NCBI GenBank assembly: GCA_038243585.1
Contig: JBBSQY010000001.1
Span: forward strand, 96,001 to 160,000
Source of the DNA: Candidatus Sumerlaeales bacterium
Lineage (GTDB): Bacteria > Sumerlaeota > Sumerlaeia > Sumerlaeales > Sumerlaeaceae
Length of the DNA: 64,000 nucleotides
Direction: 5' to 3'
The position numbers and the translations under genes were made by a program. The notes under the pieces were generated by a model. It was not told where the DNA came from. It ran no database searches and worked only from the letters and a program-made list of their open reading frames with translations. Below, in pieces: positions 29,234-38,515 of the stretch (within the stretch, counting starts at the first letter, position 1; each line of letters opens with the position of its first letter).

Positions 29234-29899
29234 TCAGTCCAGAATTTCCTTCATCAGTTCCCGCAATTCCTGGCGGGCGTTAAACAAACGGCTCATTACA
29301 GTTCCGATGGGGATGTTTAGTGCTTCCGCGATCTCTTTATAGGACAGGTTATGAAAGTGCTTCATGATGATGATCTCACGGAAATCCGGTTTTAGCCGAT
29401 CAATAGCGCGCCACAGATTAATACGGGTTTCGCTCTCTTCATACATATCCCGCGGCGTCGGCTTATCGTCCTCAAACTGCGCGAACGTCTCTTCTTCCAG
29501 CTCTTCCAGCGAGTCATTGCGGACGCGCTGATTCTTTTTGATGTAGTTCAGGCAATGGTTCTTAATGATTTTATAGAACCATGGGAAGAAGGGGGAGTTC
29601 AGATCAAACGTCTTGATCGCTTTGAAGGCTTTCACGAACGCATCCTGCGAAAGATCCAGCGCGTCTTCATGGTTGCCCACAAAGCCCAGTGCAACATAAT
29701 AAGCCTTCTGCTTATATGCGTTCACCAGATCTTCAAAGGCGGCGACTTCGCCATATTGCACGCGGCGGATGATCTCTTTTTCTTCTTCAGGAGACAGGAA
29801 CCGCTGGCCTGCATCCTCCTCAAGGGTGCGGGTACGGGTTTCCGGTTTTTCAACCGCCGTCTCGCGTTCTTCCAGTTCTATCGTTTTCGTTTTTGGCAT
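29234..29899 (-). CDS. ECF-type RNA polymerase sigma-70 factor
   Basis: Region 2 DALDLSQDAFVKAF...WFYKIIKNHC; region 4 LSYKEIAEALNIPIGTVMSRLFNAR; start placed at ATG 29899 with GGAG upstream. Confidence 0.93.
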   Translation of the reverse strand: MPKTKTIELEERETAVEKPETRTRTLEEDAGQRFLSPEEEKEIIRRVQYGEVAAFEDLVNAYKQKAYYVALGFVGNHEDALDLSQDAFVKAFKAIKTFDLNSPFFPWFYKIIKNHCLNYIKKNQRVRNDSLEELEEETFAQFEDDKPTPRDMYEESETRINLWRAIDRLKPDFREIIIMKHFHNLSYKEIAEALNIPIGTVMSRLFNARQELRELMKEILD

Positions 29900-30291
29900 A
29901 GTATTGTCTTGTGACTCCAGAGTCTCCCGTCGTGTTTCTTGGTATTTCGGGTACCCCCCGTCGAACGGGAAACGGAGCAAACCCCTTTACAAATTTTTAA
30001 GTCGTTCCTGTGTAAACAGAAAGTATATGCATAAATCGTTCCGGCGCAGTGTATTTGGCGCGCTTTAGATACAAGACGAACTGCAGTCCCTTACCCAAAG
30101 CCCCCGTATCGCTCTGATCCAATTACTCTTATGAAGTGCAGTCCTGTTTTAACTATCGTCCTTTTTAATTTATCGGGGTATTGGGCTTAGCAGTTTGCCT
30201 CCGATAAAAAACCTCACTTAAGACGTTTTAGACAACATTTCTTCTTTTCAGGCAAAAAACTGGTTCATAATGTCACACCGGATGCAGCGAC

Positions 30292-30759
30292 CTACTGATG
30301 TTGACCGTAGCGGCCGCCTCGAACCCAGTCGTCGTAGCTGTCCCAGTACCAGTGGCTTCGGCTTGAGCCACAGAGCTGTCCTGGACAGTATATGCCGCCA
30401 GCCTTATAGTTGGCCGTTTTCTGGTCAGGATTCATGAACGGGTAGTAAGTCGGGTGAAGCCCTTCATACATATTATGTTCTGAAGGATAGTAGTAAGTAG
30501 GACCGTAGAAGTCGTTCATTTCCGCTCCGTGCCCCGTGGGGTGCAGTGGGGCCGGCAAGGGTACACTTCGAGTTACCTGATCGCCTGCACGATATATGGG
30601 GCGAAGCGCGCTGCGTTCAATGCTGCGAGGCGCTGGGAGTTTTTGACGGGTTGGCACAGGCATTTGCCATTGCCCCGGCTGCAGCTCGCCACCCGCCAGG
30701 GCGGGCGCTGCTACAGCCGATGCCATTAAAAGTACTATCCAGCGCAATTGGATGATCAC
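30292..30759 (-). CDS. Small exported Tyr/Pro-rich hypothetical protein
   Basis: GTG at 30759 with AAGGA upstream; signal peptide ending APALA. Confidence 0.65.
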   Translation of the reverse strand: MIIQLRWIVLLMASAVAAPALAGGELQPGQWQMPVPTRQKLPAPRSIERSALRPIYRAGDQVTRSVPLPAPLHPTGHGAEMNDFYGPTYYYPSEHNMYEGLHPTYYPFMNPDQKTANYKAGGIYCPGQLCGSSRSHWYWDSYDDWVRGGRYGQHQ

Positions 30760-31064
30760 GTTTTTTCCTTGGTTCCATAGTAACCCAATATATTCAGCGG
30801 ACATACAAGAGGTTGGAACGCTTGTCTGCGATTGCAAAAGGGTGTTCAATAGAAATCGACAGGTGATATGAATTTTTTTCCCTGCGAGGGCACCTGAACC
30901 AAAGACCGGGTGGGTAAAATAGAGATGCCAACTAATGGAACGGGACATGATGACCCTCCGTGCAGCAGAGTAGCGGCGCGTTAATTTTATTAACCCAGCT
31001 CTTGACACGCCCTTCGTCCCAGCGCAGCCATTGGATATTCGCCTGTATATAAAGAGGTCGCAAA

Positions 31065-31736
31065 ATGAACAAGCCAGCCGGATTACCTAAAGTTCTATCC
31101 AGTGCATTAACCATATTTGTGGCGATGTTCGCCGCGAGCGCCGTTGCCCAGACCAGCCCTCATACCCTCTGGACTGAGCCGGTTACTGAAGCTGGCGTCA
31201 CCTATCAGCGTCCGCCCAAGTTCAACTACACCCAGCAGGGTCAGCCGGTCATGGAAAAGCGTTTTCCATATCTGGAGAGCCGACGTTACTCTCCGCTGAA
31301 AAAGTTTCGTTACCTGGAAAACATGGGCGGCGCCGTCGCAATGATGGCCAGCCTGCAGACATTTCCCGGCGGCGGACAATGCCGCCCCCTGAGTGAACAA
31401 CAAAACAAGATTCTCCGGGAGTGGGGCGAGCCTGACTACATTCGCGGTCCGTATAAAAGTACCCGCAATGATTTCATCATCGACTGGGCTTACCACCAGA
31501 GCAATCGCATCTTTCAGTTTGCCGATGCTGTTATGGTTTATGAAGGCCCGCTCACAGATCAGGATCGCACCGCCATTACCTACGGCATTCCAGAAGAAGC
31601 TATTATTAATTATATGGAACCGAACATCAAACGGGAAACGTGGATTTACAGGCCTGTTTTCATACTCGGTACTGGTCGGGAAAGACTTTTCAGCTTCTCC
31701 AATGGTGAACTTGTCCACCATCAGGAAAGCCCATAA
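31065..31736 (+). CDS. Exported hypothetical protein with two SmpA/BamE-like repeats
   Basis: GAGG RBS; signal peptide; WGEPD...WAY...FQF and YGIPE...ETWIY...FSFSNGEL. Confidence 0.65.
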   Translation: MNKPAGLPKVLSSALTIFVAMFAASAVAQTSPHTLWTEPVTEAGVTYQRPPKFNYTQQGQPVMEKRFPYLESRRYSPLKKFRYLENMGGAVAMMASLQTFPGGGQCRPLSEQQNKILREWGEPDYIRGPYKSTRNDFIIDWAYHQSNRIFQFADAVMVYEGPLTDQDRTAITYGIPEEAIINYMEPNIKRETWIYRPVFILGTGRERLFSFSNGELVHHQESP

Positions 31737-31795
31737 ACAACCGTATCCCTGCCAGGTGTAAGCCTGGTCTACGGTGTCATAATTATCGGAGTGTT

Positions 31796-33211
31796 ATGTC
31801 GTATTCTAACAATATAACCGCATTGCTTTGCGTCATGTGTCTGGCTGCCAGCCTTACGGCGGCACCACCTTCTCGTGCAGCGGGCGGACGTGCGCGCGCA
31901 ATTGATCTACTTGCGGAGGGCCAGACCCTCGAAAATCAGGGAAACTCCCAGGGTGCATACCAGAAATATTATGAGTCAGCCCAGCTGGCCCCCAGCCCAT
32001 CTGCTTATTACCACCTTGGCAGGGTCGCCCGGCTTTCTGGCCAGACAGATATGGCACGTCAATATCTAAACTACGCCTTAAACCTGAACCCGACATTCGA
32101 GTTAGCTAAAGTCGAACTTATGCAGCTGAACGCCGGCGGGTCAACGCCTAGCGCTGTTGTCAAAACGGTTTCCGGAGAGCTATCCGGAGAAGTTGCGCCG
32201 GGCTCTGCAAATAACGCTGCGGCCTCCATTAATCAGCCCATGAACGTAGACGCGCTCCGCCGCGAAGTGCTTACAATGCAAAGTCTGGCTCCGCCCGACA
32301 GCGCCGTCGCCTCAGCAACAGCACCTGGAACCATCAGCTCGGCGGATGCGGCTCCAGAGCCGGAAACGCCTATGGATATCGTTTTAGAAGATCCGGCAGA
32401 AGAAGACTCGGCCAACTCTGAAGTCTCTGACATGCTTTCTCCTACCATCTCCCCACCTGGCGACGGTCCTCTGACCCTGCCCTCCCTTGCCCAGGGGCCT
32501 GACGCCAGTGTCGAAGGCGATGTCACGGTGGCCAGTTCCACTCCATCTCGCACCGATATTAATGAAGCCGCTTTTGGCGCAGAATCCCAAAAGACCTCCG
32601 GCTCTCTCGGCTACGGGCAGACCTCCAAAGTCGTATTGGGTACATTTGCCTTCCATCGGGAAAAGGGAGATCAGTATCGCACCGCAAACCGATTTAAGGA
32701 AGCCGCGGTTGAATATAAGACAGCCTTGGAAGCGTCGCCAAACGACGCCGAAACCCGCACACTTCTGGCAGAAATGTATGGCCGGATCGGCGATTCAACT
32801 AAGGCGGTAACGCAGTTTGACAAAGCGAAAACCGTTGCGCCGGCAGATGATCGCATTTATTATAAGGAAGGCAACACCTACTTTGACGAGCAAAAGTATG
32901 ACTTGGCCATCGGATCATACACGAAAGCACTGGATCTGAATCCAAACAACAAGTTTGCCCTTAACAACCTTGGCGTCGCATACATGGAAAAGAAAGATTA
33001 CTCAAAAGCCGCAGAAAAGTTTAAGCAGGTGCTTAAAATCGACCCTGCATACGAAATGGCCGTGTTAAATCTCGGTCTGATATATGACGAGCATATTATA
33101 GACCGGGACCAGGCGCTCAAGTACTACGACCGCTATCTGGAACTTAAAGGATCGCGAGCCGGCGAAGTTCAGCGGTGGGCGGATGCTTTAAAGGCGAAAC
33201 CGGCAAGCTGA
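31796..33211 (+). CDS. Exported TPR-repeat protein
   Basis: Multiple TPRs (YYKEGNTYFDEQKYDLAIGSYTKALDLNP; NNLGVAY) separated by an acidic low-complexity linker. Confidence 0.9.
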   Translation: MSYSNNITALLCVMCLAASLTAAPPSRAAGGRARAIDLLAEGQTLENQGNSQGAYQKYYESAQLAPSPSAYYHLGRVARLSGQTDMARQYLNYALNLNPTFELAKVELMQLNAGGSTPSAVVKTVSGELSGEVAPGSANNAAASINQPMNVDALRREVLTMQSLAPPDSAVASATAPGTISSADAAPEPETPMDIVLEDPAEEDSANSEVSDMLSPTISPPGDGPLTLPSLAQGPDASVEGDVTVASSTPSRTDINEAAFGAESQKTSGSLGYGQTSKVVLGTFAFHREKGDQYRTANRFKEAAVEYKTALEASPNDAETRTLLAEMYGRIGDSTKAVTQFDKAKTVAPADDRIYYKEGNTYFDEQKYDLAIGSYTKALDLNPNNKFALNNLGVAYMEKKDYSKAAEKFKQVLKIDPAYEMAVLNLGLIYDEHIIDRDQALKYYDRYLELKGSRAGEVQRWADALKAKPAS

Positions 33212-33244
33212 TAGTTTTGATGTTTTTAATTGGCAGTCTACGCA

Positions 33245-34834
33245 ATGCCACCTGAGGGCGAAGTCGCGCAGCAGCAGGGCGGCATGCCCGTCGGAGGTGG
33301 CAACAAGACAAGACGCGCGTCGAGTCTGGATGCGCTACGGGGACTGGCCATTCTGGGCATGGTGCTCAGTGGCTTTTTGCCGTATATGAATCATACGTTG
33401 CCCGCGTGGATGTACCACGGTCAGTCTCCGCCGCCAACTCATGCCTTTGCACCGCATATTTCTGGCATCACCTGGGTCGATTTGGTTTTCCCGCTCTTTC
33501 TATTTTCCATGGGCGCTGCCATTCCCCTCGCGCTATCCCGTCGCCTTCATGACGGTGCCGGGCGAATCGGACTAGCGTTCATGGTATTTGGCAGGGGGTT
33601 GCTACTCCTGTTTTTTGCTTTGTACAGGCAAAATTTGCGACCAGATTTGCTGGTCGCTAACCATGGTCGGCTTGCGTGGGGTATCGGAATCTGCGCTTTT
33701 ATTGTGCTGTTCGCCATTTTCACGCGCTTGCCGTCCCATTGGCCATCCTGGCGCCGCTTCATGCTTCGCGCCGTAGGGTGGATCGCCGCTATTGTTCTGC
33801 TCGCCTCTGTTCGCCATGCGGACGGAACCAGTTTTTCCGTTCATCGCCACGATATTATTTTAGTACTTCTCGCGAATGTGGTCGTATCCACATCTCTGGT
33901 ATGGCTATGGTCGCCGCATCGCTACACAGGACGCCTTTGCGTCATGGCCCTGGTAATAACGGGCCATCTTGCGCGGCGCTACGCCCCGTGGGGGTTCTCG
34001 GTTACCGAACTTAACTTCCTGTCCCCCGTTTTAGGTGAGCGGATATTTAACGGCTTGATCTGGGCCTGTAGTCCCGCATATCAGAAATATCTGTTGATAA
34101 CGCTGCCGGGAACCATCGTGGGCGATGTCCTCGTCACCTGGCTCCGGCCGGCAGCGCAGCGTCTCAGCTTCAGCATACAAGACAGCCGCTGGGGCCAGCT
34201 CAGCCTGTTGCGTTGTGCGTGTCTGGCCGCGATATGTCTCGCCATAGTAGTTTTCGGAATAGCCGGCCTAAGCTTTAACGACTGGCGCTTTGTTGCTTCA
34301 ATATCGGCAGCCCTCGGCGCCGCCGGATTCATCCTGCTATATAGTCCGCCGGGGCGCAGCCGAATGAAATTGTCATCCGCCAGGCAGCGACAGCCTCGCG
34401 TTAGTGCCCTGCTATTTAGAGCCCTGTTTGGATGGGGCATGATCTGGCTTGTGTTAGGTCTGGCGCTGTTTCCATATCAGCAAGGCATCCGTAAAGATCC
34501 GGCCACGCTGAGCTATCTGTTCGTCACTGCCGGCCTTGGGCATATGTGCCTGATTTTTTTCGCCGTATTGACAGAAACCTTTCACAAGCCCGCACCGCTG
34601 TTCCTTTTGAGAGACAACGGGCAAAATCCAATGATAGCCTACGTCGTACCAGGCATGGTAATTTTGCCGATCCTTCACCTGATACCCGGAACCGACGGAC
34701 AAACCGCCTGGGAGCTAATACTCGCCCAAACGGCTACGCCATGGGCCGGATTCTGGCGGGCAATTATCTTGACGCTTTTAACAGCAATCCTTGTTTCCAT
34801 AATCACCCGCCTGAGAATCTTCTGGCGAACATAA
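33245..34834 (+). CDS. DUF5009/HGSNAT-like membrane acyltransferase
   Basis: RASSLDALRGLAILGMVLSG, GITWVDLVFPLFLFSMG, GIRKDPATLSY, GQNPMIAY. Confidence 0.85.
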   Translation: MPPEGEVAQQQGGMPVGGGNKTRRASSLDALRGLAILGMVLSGFLPYMNHTLPAWMYHGQSPPPTHAFAPHISGITWVDLVFPLFLFSMGAAIPLALSRRLHDGAGRIGLAFMVFGRGLLLLFFALYRQNLRPDLLVANHGRLAWGIGICAFIVLFAIFTRLPSHWPSWRRFMLRAVGWIAAIVLLASVRHADGTSFSVHRHDIILVLLANVVVSTSLVWLWSPHRYTGRLCVMALVITGHLARRYAPWGFSVTELNFLSPVLGERIFNGLIWACSPAYQKYLLITLPGTIVGDVLVTWLRPAAQRLSFSIQDSRWGQLSLLRCACLAAICLAIVVFGIAGLSFNDWRFVASISAALGAAGFILLYSPPGRSRMKLSSARQRQPRVSALLFRALFGWGMIWLVLGLALFPYQQGIRKDPATLSYLFVTAGLGHMCLIFFAVLTETFHKPAPLFLLRDNGQNPMIAYVVPGMVILPILHLIPGTDGQTAWELILAQTATPWAGFWRAIILTLLTAILVSIITRLRIFWRT

Positions 34835-34841
34835 TAAACAC

Positions 34842-34865
34842 GTAGGATGGGCATTCCTGCCCGTC
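34842..34865 (+). repeat. REP-like palindrome (family C, single copy)
   Basis: GTAG followed by hairpin GATGGGCA-TTCC-TGCCCGTC directly after a stop codon. Confidence 0.55.
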
Positions 34866-34993
34866 TTAGTGGACGTAGTCGAAGAGTTCAACTGCCAGAC
34901 TTTTCAAAAAAACGCCACCGCGATCACCGGCGCAAAATCCTATGCGATACGCTTGGTATTACCAGCCTCATCAGCAAAGAGGTCCACGTTCAA

Positions 34994-35791
34994 TTAATTC
35001 GCCTGTGATCCTTTTGCGGAAGCCAGGAAACGATCAACCTCTGCAAGAACCTGCTCCGGCGGATCGTAGGCTTTTACGACTTTTACCGGCGTTACTCCAC
35101 CGCGTCCATCGGCTGTGCCAAGCACCAGCGTCGGCGTCCCTCGAACACCAAGAGACTGCCCAAGGGCCTTGTCTTTATTGACCTCAAGCGCGGCCTCGCC
35201 ACTTCGCATGCAAGCACTGAATGCGCTTTGATCTACCCCAAGTGTTTGTGCGTACTGAGCATAGACAGGCGCAGATAACTGGGACTGATTGTTCATAATC
35301 TGCTGACGCATTTTTTCTGCCGAACTGCCCGCGCATCTGGCGGCAACGGCAGCCTCTGTTGCCTGACCATGAACCGGCAACGGGAAATCCCGCCATTGAT
35401 AGACAGCTTTGCTGCCGCTAACCCGCTCGAGAATAGAATTTTTCAGTCCGCCATTAAATTGGGCGCTATCCGGACACTGCAAATCGCTAAACTCCATAAT
35501 GACTGGAGTTCCCGCCGCTAATGAGCTTTGATTTGCCTGTCCCGTTGCTTTGCTTGCCCCTGCATCTATGGGTGCAGACGCACTGCGTTCCGTACCGGCA
35601 TTGCCAGTGACGGGCGCTGACTGCACCGAAGAATTACCGGGAGCCTGACTTGGGGCGGTCGAACCGGATTGAAAGGTTTGTCCTGGCCGACTTCCCAGCG
35701 GCTGATTTGCGACCGGCTGCGCTTGCCCTGGTATTGGAAACAAAATTGTTGCCGCCGCCAGGGTTAAAAATGATCTTGTTAAAATCTGCAT
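34994..35791 (-). CDS. DsbA/Com1-like thioredoxin-fold protein with CXXS active site
   Basis: EFSDLQCPDS, RDFPL, AAVAARCA, GVRGTPT; signal peptide. Confidence 0.85.
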   Translation of the reverse strand: MQILTRSFLTLAAATILFPIPGQAQPVANQPLGSRPGQTFQSGSTAPSQAPGNSSVQSAPVTGNAGTERSASAPIDAGASKATGQANQSSLAAGTPVIMEFSDLQCPDSAQFNGGLKNSILERVSGSKAVYQWRDFPLPVHGQATEAAVAARCAGSSAEKMRQQIMNNQSQLSAPVYAQYAQTLGVDQSAFSACMRSGEAALEVNKDKALGQSLGVRGTPTLVLGTADGRGGVTPVKVVKAYDPPEQVLAEVDRFLASAKGSQAN

Positions 35792-35904
35792 TTGATACGC
35801 CTTTAAAATTGGATTTTTAGCAACTCCAACCTATATCCTGCAGGATTCGTGCCGATTGTATGGTAACAGTTGAACCATTCGTTCTCAGCAGTGTATTAAG
35901 CTGC

Positions 35905-36246
35905 ATGATAAAAACTGAAAAGTGCGCGGTTTGCGATACTGAAGCTGAGCTTCATATGGACGAGCGACGCAATCATCATGTGAACTGTCCAAAGTGCGGG
36001 GGCTATATCGCCGCTGAAACTTTTGCCCAGCAGTTTGCCAAGCTCGAGCAATCAATACAGCAGACGTTTGCTGAATGGATGGGGCGTAACAGCGGGAAGC
36101 CCAACCGTTTCCTTTACAAAACCAAGCCCCTCAAAAGTAATCCATATTCAGCGGCGGACGGTTTCGACATGATCAGCATTAGCCGCATTCAGTCGGGAAC
36201 GTTTGATCCCGAAGCAAAAAAAGAGGCCGAGTTGAACAACTACTAG
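35905..36246 (+). CDS. Small zinc-ribbon hypothetical protein
   Basis: CAVC...CPKCGGY. Confidence 0.6.
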   Translation: MIKTEKCAVCDTEAELHMDERRNHHVNCPKCGGYIAAETFAQQFAKLEQSIQQTFAEWMGRNSGKPNRFLYKTKPLKSNPYSAADGFDMISISRIQSGTFDPEAKKEAELNNY

Positions 36247-36339
36247 CCTGAAGCAGACGGCGGTGGTATATATCGTCCGGGTATAGTCTTTGCCTAAGCT
36301 TCTCCTGAACCTATATTACATACTCAGGAGAACATCACC

Positions 36340-36912
36340 ATGAACCCGTCCACTAACAAACCGAACTTGCTTGGGTTTTCAGGCAGCCTAAGAAGTGGCT
36401 CCCTCAGCACCCGTGTGTTGCACACCCTACCATCCGTTTCTGCTGATAAGGCAGACATAACGATTTTCAACATTGCCGGAATCCCCCTTTATAATCAGGA
36501 TACCGAAGACGCAGGCCTGCCGGATTCCGTTCAGAAATTTAAAGATGCCATTTCCGCGTCCGATGGCCTCGTGATTGTGACTCCTGAGTACAACTACGGG
36601 ATATCCGGCGTGCTCAAAAATGCCCTGGACTGGGCGTCGCGACCCGGCTACGACTCACCGCTAAAAGATAAGCCAGTATTAATGATCGCGACATCGCCAG
36701 CGATAACCGGCGGCGTGCGCGCAATCCAACAACTGCGCCAGACACTGTCAGCCACTCTGTCGAAGGTTGTGGCGGTGCCGGAAATCGTAATTGGTCAGGT
36801 TGACAAGAAAATCGAGAACGGTGCCTTAACCGATGAGACATCGCTTAAATATATCAAATCCGGCATTGACGCACTGGTTGCAGAAATACGGCTGAAAAAA
36901 ATAATGAAGTAG
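36340..36912 (+). CDS. NADPH-dependent FMN reductase (ChrR/SsuE-like)
   Basis: GSLRSGS, TPEYNYGISGVLKNALDWASR, GGVRA; AGGAG RBS. Confidence 0.93.
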   Translation: MNPSTNKPNLLGFSGSLRSGSLSTRVLHTLPSVSADKADITIFNIAGIPLYNQDTEDAGLPDSVQKFKDAISASDGLVIVTPEYNYGISGVLKNALDWASRPGYDSPLKDKPVLMIATSPAITGGVRAIQQLRQTLSATLSKVVAVPEIVIGQVDKKIENGALTDETSLKYIKSGIDALVAEIRLKKIMK

Positions 36913-37020
36913 CGGGATCGAACGGCTACTTGCGTCTCTATAATTGAACCCTGTCGGACACGGCAGCGTATTTCGCAACTTGAAACTGCGACCGCAGAGG
37001 TGCACCGCGGGGGATCAAGC

Positions 37021-37251
37021 CTATGTAATTGGATCGGTATCCGCTCCGTCATTTTCTTGTGACGTTATATCTTCGCTTGGCTTAGGTTCTGCTTCTACAA
37101 CGTTTCCATCGCTATCAAGGACAGCATAGATTTCTTCTTCTGGCTCGGATCCGTTGCCTTTTTCAGTCTTACGTTGCAGCTTTTCTTCTTTTTTCCGGCG
37201 CTTAGCCTGATCCTTCTGGTCCTTCTGTCGTTGAAAGTTTGTTTTGGCCAT
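37021..37251 (-). CDS. Small protein with basic N-terminus and acidic C-terminus
   Basis: GAAGGA RBS; K/R/Q-rich helix then EEIYAVLDSDGNVV. Confidence 0.65.
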   Translation of the reverse strand: MAKTNFQRQKDQKDQAKRRKKEEKLQRKTEKGNGSEPEEEIYAVLDSDGNVVEAEPKPSEDITSQENDGADTDPIT

Positions 37252-37405
37252 GGGCTGTATCCTTCCGCGTTTGATAGTTGATACAGCAAGAATTGGGTCA
37301 TCAATGAAGAACGGCCAATTTTCAATAAAAAGCGCGGGTTACCGATCGATGACCTCACAACGTTTCAATTACCGACTTGCGTCGTTGTGCCAGTGCGATA
37401 TTTCC

Positions 37406-38491
37406 TTAATGCGTCTTCTCAACCGCAACTGCAGGCTCGTCCGCGCCGATTTTATTTCCATAGCCGATGACTATGGTCGATATAATCAGCACAACAATTC
37501 CAGAAGTAATCAGCCTGCGAGTGGCGGAACTTGTGCCCCGCCATTCGTGTAGAGCAAGCGCCCATACATTGCTGAACACGATGATAAATGCCATGTGTAG
37601 CGTCCAGCTTGAGAATTCATACTTCTCGCCCAGTTTGATCGTGCCCATTCCGTAGAAGAAAAATTGCAGATACCAGGTGATCCCGGCGATGGCGCAGTAA
37701 AAGATATTTAGGAGCACGGGAGCCTGCGACGAAAAATACTCGCGGCCAGTCCCGTTTTTAAAATTCAGGTACAGGCACCAGATCAGGTTGGTTGTTAAGC
37801 CTCCCGCCATCACGATAATATAGACCGGATTGTTAGAAAAAGTGGGATTTGCGCCTGCAGCAACAGCGGCATCGGCAATGGGTTTTCCGGCGGCAATTGC
37901 AAAGGCCATGCAGGCGCTCATAATACCGGCGAACATCGCCACCCAAACGCCTTTTTTAAAACTGAATTCCTTGATGGTGTTCCGCTTCTCCTCGTCGGTC
38001 AGCTCGCGCTCTTTATGAACACCAGCCAGTCCGCAAATAGCGATTCCGCCCAGACAGATTGCCACGCCCGCCAGCACAATAATGCCGGAGGTGGACTGAA
38101 ACAGATTTCCGAATTCCCCAAAGTAAATGGGTGGAATCAGAGTCCCAAAGGCAGCACAAGCTCCCAGCGCCAGGGCATACCCCAGGGACATGCCCAGGTA
38201 TCGCATGGACAGGCCAAACGTGAGGCCGCCGATCCCCCATAACGCGCCATACAGGTAACACCAGAACAGGCTGGATGCGGGAGCCGCACGCAAGATGCCG
38301 ACAGGATCTGGCACTGTCAGAATTGAGGCCACTAACGGCGCGATAATCCAGCTGACAATACCGCCCACCAGCCAGAGAGTCTCCCACGACCAGCCGCGCA
38401 CCCGGGTAAACGGAATGTAAAAACTCGCCGCGGCAAGACCGCCAATGGCGTGAAACAAAATGCCCAGTTCAGGGTTGGGTGCAATGGCCAT
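37406..38491 (-). CDS. rhaT: L-rhamnose/proton symporter family
   Basis: GILFHAIGGLAAASFYIPF, WSWE, WGIGGLTFGLSMRYLGMSLG, WYLQFFFYGMG, SWTLHM. Confidence 0.93.
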   Translation of the reverse strand: MAIAPNPELGILFHAIGGLAAASFYIPFTRVRGWSWETLWLVGGIVSWIIAPLVASILTVPDPVGILRAAPASSLFWCYLYGALWGIGGLTFGLSMRYLGMSLGYALALGACAAFGTLIPPIYFGEFGNLFQSTSGIIVLAGVAICLGGIAICGLAGVHKERELTDEEKRNTIKEFSFKKGVWVAMFAGIMSACMAFAIAAGKPIADAAVAAGANPTFSNNPVYIIVMAGGLTTNLIWCLYLNFKNGTGREYFSSQAPVLLNIFYCAIAGITWYLQFFFYGMGTIKLGEKYEFSSWTLHMAFIIVFSNVWALALHEWRGTSSATRRLITSGIVVLIISTIVIGYGNKIGADEPAVAVEKTH

Positions 38492-38515
38492 GGGTTTAAA
38501 CCTTCTGTCTTTTGA

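Noticed and set aside
35470..35490. Selenocysteine recoding in redox motifs
   Set aside because: No in-frame TGA in the DsbA-like or CXXC motifs; the Ser codon is AGC
36913..37020. 6S-RNA-like words (TTGAACCC, AAACTGCGAC)
   Set aside because: Order differs from E. coli 6S, the spacer is only about 110 nt, and I see no long closing stem
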